Assembly (NCBI GenBank): GCA_049317985.1
Contig: JBMOHF010000004.1
Location: forward strand, 254 to 64,253
Direction of reading: 5' to 3'
From: Patescibacteria group bacterium
Lineage (GTDB): Bacteria; Patescibacteriota; Patescibacteriia; Patescibacteriales; UBA12465
DNA: 64,000 bases
The notes under the pieces were generated by a model, which did not search any database, was not told where the DNA came from, and saw only the letters and a program-made list of their open reading frames with translations. A program made the translations under genes and the position numbers. Of this stretch, positions 58,282-63,976 are shown in pieces. Numbering within the stretch: position 1 is the first letter of the stretch; every line of letters starts with the position of its first letter.

Positions 58282-58773
58282 TTAATATTTTCTTTTGTTT
58301 AGGTAATGATAATAAAGATTAGCAACATTATCTCCAAATAAATCACTCATTTGAATTAATACTTGTCTACCTTCTTGAGAGAAAGATAGTGAATTTATCA
58401 CTTCCTTTTCCGAATGAAAACTATTTTCTTTACTTTTCTTGTAACTGAAAATTCTTATAAATATATTATAATCTTTAAATGGTTCAACGAATTCTTCCTT
58501 GAGATCCAATAGTTTTAATATCTCAGTTGTGTCCTCGTTGGTTACAAGCCCCTTCCCGGTGCACATTATTGAACTGGATGATAACAGATATTGACTAGAT
58601 TCTTTGTCAAACCCCAATGTAGAAAGAAATTTCTCAAAATCATCACCAGATTTTTTTCTTTTTTCAACTTCAGCAATTACTTCCATAACTATAAGTATAG
58701 TCTTAATAACTGGGTGCCCATGCCCCTGCCTATTTAACCAAATGGCATAATCTTTTGTCATTTCTCCTATCAT
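58282..58773 (-). CDS. Cassette protein, hypothetical
   Basis: ORF with ATG at 58773 (the track uses TTG 58779). No motif recognised. Confidence 0.55.
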   Translation of the reverse strand: MIGEMTKDYAIWLNRQGHGHPVIKTILIVMEVIAEVEKRKKSGDDFEKFLSTLGFDKESSQYLLSSSSIMCTGKGLVTNEDTTEILKLLDLKEEFVEPFKDYNIFIRIFSYKKSKENSFHSEKEVINSLSFSQEGRQVLIQMSDLFGDNVANLYYHYLNKRKY

Positions 58774-58813
58774 GATCAATTTTTAATGAATATAAACTAA
58801 TTTTATTAAAAAA

Positions 58814-58842
58814 AGTATATCATATGATATACTTTTTGTCAA
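58814..58842 (-). promoter_or_regulatory. Cassette promoter (TTGACA-17-TATACT, TGn extended -10)
   Basis: Plus strand reads agtatatcatatgatatactttttgtcaa. Confidence 0.75.
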
Positions 58843-58860
58843 TATCTCGCTTTTGCGCGC

Positions 58861-58905
58861 GAATTTAGATCTGTGAATTAGAAAATGAAAAGGGCAGAGA
58901 CGCAA
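58861..58905. repeat. Junction repeat copy R0 (degenerate)
   Basis: gaatttagatctgtgaaTTAGAAAAtgaaaagggcagagacg aligns to the R4 core around TTAGAAAA and GGGnAGAGA. Confidence 0.45.
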
Positions 58906-58925
58906 GTCTTGACGGTTTTTTGGTG

Positions 58926-59381
58926 TTAATCGAAAAAGATCGTGTATCCGTATTCCTTTATTTTCTTCTTAATGGAATTTGATTTGTTATCCAATACACA
59001 AACTTCGAATGGTTTTTGTTCGTCTCTGACAGCAAGTCTAAAACGCGTACCATCTTTAAACTCTAAAATTACTGAAAGCTCGCCACATATTATTGCAGCA
59101 GGTATTAAAATTTTCTCTTTGAATGGTATGACCGTGTCACCAATAATAAAATTACTCTCTTCAATGCGGCATTTCAACCACCATTGAAAATCGGCAAAGC
59201 CAACTGAGGGATTTTCGTTCCAGCCGCATAACATAGGGTGGCAATCATCATTTACGTTTGATTTTTGGTTTTCCAAGGTTAATGCTCCAATAGCTATTCG
59301 TAATACTTTTCCTTTTGGTAATTCAGGATAAATGTACTTTACGTTACTAATGATTATCGTAGTTTCAATAATTTTGCTCAT
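58926..59381 (-). CDS. Cassette protein, hypothetical
   Basis: 151-aa ORF with an ATG start. Confidence 0.6.
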   Translation of the reverse strand: MSKIIETTIIISNVKYIYPELPKGKVLRIAIGALTLENQKSNVNDDCHPMLCGWNENPSVGFADFQWWLKCRIEESNFIIGDTVIPFKEKILIPAAIICGELSVILEFKDGTRFRLAVRDEQKPFEVCVLDNKSNSIKKKIKEYGYTIFFD

Positions 59382-59403
59382 TCTTCTTGATATTTAATTG
59401 TTT

Positions 59404-59460
59404 AATATTTAGTGAATTGTCTCAACTCTCCAGTAAGAACTGAGGTAATTCACTAAATGT
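59404..59460 (-). promoter_or_regulatory. Long 5'-UTR hairpin of cassette 58926
   Basis: TTTAGTGAATT (59408-59418) pairs with AATTCACTAAA (59447-59457). Additional inner pairs CTCA/TGAG. Confidence 0.55.
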
Positions 59461-59509
59461 AAATAAATATATAAAAGTGTCATTGTAAAAGTTCATTGCA
59501 TTAAAATGA

Positions 59510-59538
59510 ATTGTATCATATAAGCATTTTATTGTCAA
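59510..59538 (-). promoter_or_regulatory. Cassette promoter (TTGACA-17-TACAAT)
   Basis: Plus strand reads attgta-N17-tgtcaa. Leaves a ~120-nt leader. Confidence 0.7.
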
Positions 59539-59547
59539 CAATATAAC

Positions 59548-59578
59548 AAAAAAAAGGCTAAAATTAGCCTACTTTTTT
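59548..59578 (-). terminator. Intrinsic terminator after the 41-aa basic ORF
   Basis: aaaaaaaAGGCTAaaatTAGCCTactttttt: perfect 6-bp stem with a U-run on the minus strand. Confidence 0.7.
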
Positions 59579-59617
59579 CTTGCTCGGGGTTTGGAATGTG
59601 GTTGATGTCGTTTTTGC

Positions 59618-59743
59618 TTATTTATTTCCTACTTTCTTTTTAGCTTTATCTTCCAACATAACACGCTTAGCTTCAACGCGTTTCGCTGTTTTGTGAGACT
59701 TACTTGCTTTTCTTCTGCCAACTCTATGTGGTTTAAGGGCCAT
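59618..59743 (-). CDS. 41-aa Lys/Arg-rich peptide (below ORF-track cutoff)
   Basis: MALKPHRVGRRKASKSHKTAKRVEAKRVMLEDKAKKKVGNK. ATG start and a terminator directly downstream. Confidence 0.4.
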   Translation of the reverse strand: MALKPHRVGRRKASKSHKTAKRVEAKRVMLEDKAKKKVGNK

Positions 59744-59748
59744 ATTTT

Positions 59749-59829
59749 TTATATTAATTTAAATTTAACAAGATTTATGATAACACAAGACGTGATAATA
59801 AGCAAAAATATAGTTTTTAGGATAATCAT
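59749..59829 (-). CDS. Possible 26-aa hydrophobic micro-ORF
   Basis: MIILKTIFLLIITSCVIINLVKFKLI. Its stop lies 5 nt before the ATG of the basic peptide. Confidence 0.2.
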   Translation of the reverse strand: MIILKTIFLLIITSCVIINLVKFKLI

Positions 59830-59861
59830 TCCAAATATGACTAAAAGTTTAGAACTACTTT

Positions 59862-59888
59862 AAGTTTAGATATCTCTAATATGGAAAT
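59862..59888. repeat. Junction repeat copy R1 (degenerate, lacks G-rich arm)
   Basis: aAGTTTAGAtatctctaatatggaaa. AAGTTTAGA is also duplicated at 59844-59852. Confidence 0.3.
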
Positions 59889-59922
59889 AAAAAAGCCTGA
59901 AACTGTTTTGAGGTTTCAGGCT
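59889..59922 (-). terminator. Intrinsic terminator after cassette 60006
   Basis: AGCCTGAAAC-tgttttgag-GTTTCAGGCT, a perfect 10-bp stem with a U-run on the minus strand. Confidence 0.8.
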
Positions 59923-60005
59923 GTGTTGCCTTGCTTTTGATCGATATCTAGATCGGATTTTAAATATTTATTAAATTATCAATAAATGTTTAAATAATAA
60001 TCATA

Positions 60006-60335
60006 TTAAATATATTTTCCTGCTGCACGAAAGGTATCGTGAAAATGTCGCATTTCTGAGGGATCTAATGGCCCCAGAAACATCATACCGCTGTCGCTCT
60101 CGACAATCATCATTTCTGATGACAAATTACTTACGATAAATGCCGTCTCATTTGTAGATGTTCCTGTTTGAACTTTAAGAAAGAATTTATTTAACTCAGT
60201 GCAGATTGTTTTAAGTGAATCGCCTCCCTGTAATTTACCAAATGATTCTCGTAGTATCCCATCGCCCGAATCTTCAAGAAGCGAAAACACTCCTTTTTGG
60301 TCGATATATTTTCCAATAAATAATTTTTTTGCCAT
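60006..60335 (-). CDS. Cassette protein, hypothetical
   Basis: 109-aa ORF with an ATG start. Confidence 0.6.
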   Translation of the reverse strand: MAKKLFIGKYIDQKGVFSLLEDSGDGILRESFGKLQGGDSLKTICTELNKFFLKVQTGTSTNETAFIVSNLSSEMMIVESDSGMMFLGPLDPSEMRHFHDTFRAAGKYI

Positions 60336-60364
60336 TTCTTTAAATATTAAGTGTGAGTATTAAG

Positions 60365-60411
60365 GTTAATTGTTTAATTCATTTAATACAAAAATGAACT
60401 TAACAATTAAC
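60365..60411 (-). promoter_or_regulatory. Long 5'-UTR hairpin of cassette 60006
   Basis: GTTAATTGTT...TCAT pairs with ATGA...AACAATTAAC (10 + 4 bp with an internal loop). Confidence 0.55.
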
Positions 60412-60452
60412 TCTATTTAACATGGTTTTTTAATGAACATATTTAACAAAAA

Positions 60453-60482
60453 AGTATACTATAAATGTATACATATTGTCAA
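60453..60482 (-). promoter_or_regulatory. Cassette promoter (TTGACA-18-TATACT)
   Basis: Plus strand reads agtata-N18-tgtcaa. Confidence 0.65.
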
Positions 60483-60484
60483 TA

Positions 60485-60542
60485 CTAACTATCTACCGAT
60501 CAAGAATCAAAAATTAGGAAAAGGTTAGGGAAGGGATGGTGG
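60485..60542. repeat. Junction repeat copy R2
   Basis: ...caAGAATCAAAAATTAGGAAAAGGTTAGGGAAGGGATGG. Confidence 0.8.
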
Positions 60543-60564
60543 AATTAGTTGGGTTTAGAGTAAT

Positions 60565-60593
60565 AAAAAACCGTATCGCTAGGCGCAATACGG
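60565..60593 (-). terminator. Intrinsic terminator after cassette 60621
   Basis: aaaaaaCCGTATcgctaggcgcaATACGG. Confidence 0.65.
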
Positions 60594-60620
60594 AAGAATC
60601 ATTTTACTTTGGAGGGATAG

Positions 60621-60959
60621 CTATATTGCTGATTCCAAAGACTTGGCAATAAATCCTTTCAGGCGTTCATTTTTTGGATCTTCTTGGAAGCTGGTCATTA
60701 GGTTTTGATGTTTGGCGGCCAAATCATCGCAACAGGATAAGTAGCAGAAAGCCAGTGCCCTTTCCCCATCATCTTTGCTTTCTAAAAGGGTGAGCATCTT
60801 CTTCTCACCAATTTCATTTTCATCATTTTTGCTAATTAGAATTGAGCCCAATTCATTGATAATGAAACATCGTGGATATCCATTATTTATTTTGCCGTCT
60901 AGGATATCAATAATTTTTTGCAAACTGTAGTCAGTTTTTCGTTCAAACTTTTTTTTCAT
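60621..60959 (-). CDS. Cassette protein, hypothetical
   Basis: ATG at 60959 (the track uses GTG 60962). 112 aa. Confidence 0.6.
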   Translation of the reverse strand: MKKKFERKTDYSLQKIIDILDGKINNGYPRCFIINELGSILISKNDENEIGEKKMLTLLESKDDGERALAFCYLSCCDDLAAKHQNLMTSFQEDPKNERLKGFIAKSLESAI

Positions 60960-60999
60960 CACTATTATATTACGTTGTTAATGATATTTTTACCTGATA

Positions 61000-61028
61000 A
61001 CCATAGTATAATGCGATGTTATTGTCAA
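61000..61028 (-). promoter_or_regulatory. Cassette promoter (TTGACA-17-TATGGT)
   Basis: Plus strand reads accata-N17-tgtcaa. Confidence 0.55.
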
Positions 61029-61029
61029 G

Positions 61030-61086
61030 CTCATCTTTGTATAACAATTTAGAACCAAAAACTGATAAAAGGTGAGGGAAGAGATA
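61030..61086. repeat. Junction repeat copy R3
   Basis: CTCATCTTTGTATAACAATTTAGAACCAAAAACTGATAAAAGGTGAGGGAAGAGATA. Confidence 0.85.
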
Positions 61087-61112
61087 AACGTATTGGTTGG
61101 TGGTGGCAAATT

Positions 61113-61143
61113 AAAAAGCCTTTCGTTTTTTAGAAAGGCTTTT
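61113..61143 (-). terminator. Intrinsic terminator after cassette 61167 (bidirectional shape)
   Basis: aaaaAGCCTTTCgttttttaGAAAGGCTttt. Confidence 0.8.
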
Positions 61144-61166
61144 AAAAGGCGGTTAGTAAATGTTTT

Positions 61167-61415
61167 TTAAAATAACTTAGTTTCTCTTTTTCCATAGCTA
61201 TCGATAACTATCGCAACTAGATCTTTTCTTTCAATTTTTTCTCCCTGTGGGCTGAGTTCGTAAATTTCTAAATTCTCAGTGCTGTCCATTCCTGGCATAT
61301 GAGAAGTGTTAGGAAACATTTTACTCGGAAGTTCCTCTTCTGATTCAAAAATTACACCAGAAATAAATAATACCTCAAGATGAGTTATTAAACTATAGTA
61401 AAACCATTTTTTCAT
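61167..61415 (-). CDS. Cassette protein, hypothetical
   Basis: 82 aa. GGGAG lies 8 nt upstream of the ATG. Probably co-transcribed with 61598..61984. Confidence 0.55.
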   Translation of the reverse strand: MKKWFYYSLITHLEVLFISGVIFESEEELPSKMFPNTSHMPGMDSTENLEIYELSPQGEKIERKDLVAIVIDSYGKRETKLF

Positions 61416-61597
61416 GTTTTATTCTCCCGTATTAATTTGTTGATGAAATATTTATTTTTTGAGCAATCTACCGGTGTATCGCAATTTTTATAGCGTTTAT
61501 ACTTGGCTGCGCTGACTTCTAATGTTACTAGACCGGCTCCGTCGACGTTTTTAAAGGATTGATTTTATTCTCTGCCTTCTTGCTAAATCTCATTTGT

Positions 61598-61984
61598 TTA
61601 TCTCGGTAACCAGTTTAATTGATGAACCCAACCTTCTCCTAAACTTTTCAAGGTTTGTTTTATCAAAATAATTATTTCAAGAAGTTCAGCAGAAGGTGAT
61701 TCAGGGTAATAGAAATTAATCATATTTCCAATCTTGGTGTTCCCTAATATTTGAAGAGCAGCTAGGGGAGCTTGATAATCATCCAAACGACTTGGATTTG
61801 TTACGTATAAAATATCTATCTCATTGTGGTCGCCTGTTCTACTGGTGAGGGCGGCAATCCCCGGGGACAGGATTCTCCCCGTTGTTCCATTGATAAACAC
61901 GAAGCTCAAAACATTGTTTTCAGGATCGTATTTTCTGATAATTGCGTCTAAAACGCATTGCAAAGTTTGTGATGAATTTATCAT
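61598..61984 (-). CDS. Cassette protein, hypothetical
   Basis: 128-aa ORF with an ATG start. Confidence 0.6.
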   Translation of the reverse strand: MINSSQTLQCVLDAIIRKYDPENNVLSFVFINGTTGRILSPGIAALTSRTGDHNEIDILYVTNPSRLDDYQAPLAALQILGNTKIGNMINFYYPESPSAELLEIIILIKQTLKSLGEGWVHQLNWLPR

Positions 61985-62028
61985 TTTCCATTAAGTTTTT
62001 AATATACAATGTATTTTTCAATGAAATA

Positions 62029-62057
62029 ACAATATCATAACATTAAATATTTGTCAA
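62029..62057 (-). promoter_or_regulatory. Cassette promoter (TTGACA-17-TATTGT)
   Basis: Plus strand reads acaata-N17-tgtcaa. Confidence 0.6.
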
Positions 62058-62066
62058 TCTTTATAC

Positions 62067-62104
62067 AAAAAAAGGCAAAATCCGCCAACTGGTGGAAGCC
62101 TTTT
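62067..62104 (-). terminator. Second terminator-like hairpin between repeat R4 and the next promoter
   Basis: aaaaaaAGGCaaaatCCGCCAacTGGTGGaaGCCTttt. A U-run follows on the minus strand. Confidence 0.6.
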
Positions 62105-62113
62105 CTATGAATA

Positions 62114-62173
62114 GCCCCGCCTTTGTACGCGAGTTCAGAATCAAAAACTTAGAAAAGGTGAGGGAAGAGATGG
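62114..62173. repeat. Junction repeat copy R4 (best copy)
   Basis: GCCCCGCCTTTGTACGCGAGTTCAGAATCAAAAACTTAGAAAAGGTGAGGGAAGAGATGG. Confidence 0.9.
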
Positions 62174-62196
62174 AGGAGGGCAGGGTTTTGGAAAAT

Positions 62197-62230
62197 AAAA
62201 AATCCCGGGACTGTTTTGTCTCAGGATTTT
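62197..62230 (-). terminator. Intrinsic terminator after cassette 62256
   Basis: aaaaaATCCCGGGACtgttttGTCTCAGGATtttt (one mismatch). Confidence 0.7.
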
Positions 62231-62255
62231 AACTTTACATTTTTTCTAAATTAAT

Positions 62256-62474
62256 TTAAAAATTTATTATTTCGTCTTTGTAATAGGCCATTCCCATTTT
62301 CATCACGTAACCGGCCTTATTAGGCTTACTAAACGTAACGAATGGCGTCGTAAGTCCTATCCCTGTTAATTTTTCTTCAGCTTCTTTTTCAGTAGAAGCA
62401 TCATTCAAAACCTTCTTGGCTTTTTCTTTTATATCATCCAGGTTGCTCATATGAAATATTTTAATGTTCAACAA
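62256..62474 (-). CDS. Cassette protein, hypothetical
   Basis: 72 aa from TTG 62474. ATG at 62450 (MSNLDDIKEK, 64 aa) is equally plausible. Confidence 0.55.
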   Translation of the reverse strand: MLNIKIFHMSNLDDIKEKAKKVLNDASTEKEAEEKLTGIGLTTPFVTFSKPNKAGYVMKMGMAYYKDEIINF

Positions 62475-62495
62475 TACAACTTTAACTATCTAATA

Positions 62496-62524
62496 AGTAT
62501 ATCATAGATATGTATATTTGTCAA
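62496..62524 (-). promoter_or_regulatory. Cassette promoter (TTGACA-17-TATACT, TGn extended -10)
   Basis: Plus strand reads agtatatcatagatatgtatatttgtcaa. Confidence 0.75.
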
Positions 62525-62533
62525 TATAGATAT

Positions 62534-62588
62534 CTTTCGTATATATATTCAGAATCCAGAACCTGGAAAAGGTGAGGGGGTATTGGTG
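62534..62588. repeat. Junction repeat copy R5
   Basis: CTTTCGTATATATATTCAGAATCCAGAACCTGGAAAAGGTGAGGGGGTATTGGTG. Confidence 0.85.
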
Positions 62589-62607
62589 TTAAATGGTTTT
62601 TGTTTTT

Positions 62608-62642
62608 AAAAAAAACGGAAATACCAGCTGGTCTTCCGTTTT
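62608..62642 (-). terminator. Intrinsic terminator after cassette 62658
   Basis: aaaaaaaACGGAAatACCAGCTGGTcTTCCGTttt. Confidence 0.8.
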
Positions 62643-62657
62643 CAGAGAATTGTTTCC

Positions 62658-62933
62658 CTATTCCTCGACTATTAGCATATTAGATCCATGCTCTCTTGCG
62701 TTATATTCGTTGGCGCTAATTTCGATTTGGTTAACAATATAAGTATTTCTGTTTAGTTCTTCAAGCCCGCATGAGCTTGCGATTACTTTGACTCTGTTTA
62801 AGGAATCAGAAAGGGGAAAGAATCTGTCATTACTTAGTGCATACAGTTGAATGCTCATTTTGCTGTAATGTTTTTTGTCTGGTGTGGAATTATTAACTAT
62901 TAATTCCGCTACAAAATACCAATATGTTTTCAT
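62658..62933 (-). CDS. Cassette protein, hypothetical
   Basis: 91-aa ORF with an ATG start. Confidence 0.6.
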   Translation of the reverse strand: MKTYWYFVAELIVNNSTPDKKHYSKMSIQLYALSNDRFFPLSDSLNRVKVIASSCGLEELNRNTYIVNQIEISANEYNAREHGSNMLIVEE

Positions 62934-62976
62934 TTTGTATTCAGTTTTAAATTAGACGGATTATTTTAATGATAAT

Positions 62977-63005
62977 ATTTTATCATATAAACATATAATT
63001 GTCAA
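62977..63005 (-). promoter_or_regulatory. Cassette promoter (TTGACA-17-TAAAAT)
   Basis: Plus strand reads atttta-N17-tgtcaa. Confidence 0.7.
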
Positions 63006-63049
63006 ATATATAACAAAAAATAGGCTCAAATTAGCCAATAAAATGTTTA

Positions 63050-63109
63050 GCCCCCCTTGTATATGAATTCAGGATCCAGAAGCGGGAAAAGGTTAGGGAA
63101 GAGATGGGG
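63050..63109. repeat. Junction repeat copy R6
   Basis: GCCCCCCTTGTATATGAATTCAGGATCCAGAAGCGGGAAAAGGTTAGGGAAGAGATGGGG. Confidence 0.9.
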
Positions 63110-63113
63110 AAAT

Positions 63114-63142
63114 AAAAAAAGGTGATTATTGTAATCACCTTT
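63114..63142 (-). terminator. Intrinsic terminator of the ORF-less unit
   Basis: aaaaaaAGGTGATTAttgTAATCACCTtt: perfect 9-bp stem with U7 on the minus strand. Confidence 0.8.
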
Positions 63143-63295
63143 AGATTATTTTTTTATTTTGCTTAATAGATCTTCGTCCGGGTTGGCGCGTTATCGGTTT
63201 GTTTCATCTAGAACTGATGCCCGAAGCTTTTTTGGCTCTATTTAATTCTAACGCACGGCCAGCATATTTTGCCTTCAGCACGAAAAAATAATCGT
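63143..63295 (-). ncRNA. Candidate structured sRNA (or decayed cassette): promoter and terminator but no ORF over 14 codons
   Basis: Bracketed by promoter 63302-63330 and terminator 63114-63142. An 11-bp inverted repeat (63144-63154 / 63283-63293) would pair the 5' and 3' ends. Confidence 0.35.
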
Positions 63296-63301
63296 AAGCA
63301 G

Positions 63302-63330
63302 AATATAGCTTATAATATATATTCTGTCAA
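63302..63330 (-). promoter_or_regulatory. Consensus promoter (TTGACA-17-TATATT) with no protein gene downstream
   Basis: Plus strand reads aatata-N17-tgtcaa. Confidence 0.65.
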
Positions 63331-63403
63331 TAGGTAGTGCTGTCAGCTCCACCTAACATGTATGGCATGCAAAAAGAACTCAAAAATATGGATATTTAAA
63401 TTG

Positions 63404-63463
63404 GCCCCCTTCGTAAATGAATCTAGAATCGCAACCTGTAAAAAGGGAGGGGGAGGAATTGGG
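63404..63463. repeat. Junction repeat copy R7
   Basis: GCCCCCTTCGTAAATGAATCTAGAATCGCAACCTGTAAAAAGGGAGGGGGAGGAATTGGG. Confidence 0.8.
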
Positions 63464-63526
63464 TGAATTGCCCCTTTAACGAAGTTTCTTTGGAGAAAAA
63501 TGATCAAATAGCAATACCAGACTTCC

Positions 63527-63976
63527 TTAATATTCTGTCTTCACATTGTACTTAGCGAAATCATTCCTTTGCTCTTCCCAGGTTTTCCAGACAATATAAA
63601 CTGTTTGTAACAATGGATTATCCGGTGCACCCTCGACCGAAAAACTGCACTCAACTCCAAGCATTTTCATGTTCTCACCGAAATGCGCTATAAAGTTTTT
63701 GCGATTTTTACCAAAACCCTTGATAGAATCGAGGTTGATCAGTTTTGCGTCCAACGCTTCGGCGAGCGAGTTTAGCTTAACCGACTTGATAAACCACTCG
63801 TTTTTGCTCTCCGGCTCATATAGGTCGAATTCTTTAAAGGCAATTTCCGGGTGAGTAAAAGTAGATATTTCTCTGCGCAATTCATCTGAGAAAGGACTCC
63901 CAAATCGTGCAAAAAGTTCTTGCACTTTGAGAACGGAATCCGTTTCCGTGACAATGAATGTTTCTTTGCCATTCAC
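63527..63976 (-). CDS. Cassette protein, hypothetical; may extend past the window edge
   Basis: 149 aa from GTG 63976. The frame stays open to base 64000, so the true start may be off-window. Confidence 0.55.
   Translation of the reverse strand: MNGKETFIVTETDSVLKVQELFARFGSPFSDELRREISTFTHPEIAFKEFDLYEPESKNEWFIKSVKLNSLAEALDAKLINLDSIKGFGKNRKNFIAHFGENMKMLGVECSFSVEGAPDNPLLQTVYIVWKTWEEQRNDFAKYNVKTEY

Noticed and set aside
60006-60335. Roadblock/LC7-like fold for the 109-aa cassette protein, and SUKH/immunity-like assignment for the 63527 product.
   Set aside because: These rest only on vague pattern resemblance. I could not verify any diagnostic motif, so both are left as hypothetical.
60532-63115. 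Plus-strand micro-ORFs starting at the GAGATGG inside the repeat, preceded by the SD-like AAAGGTGAGGG.
   Set aside because: The ATG is absent in R3, R5 and R7. Where it is present, the frames differ in length (3, 20 and 39 codons) and share no sequence, so it is not a conserved coding element.
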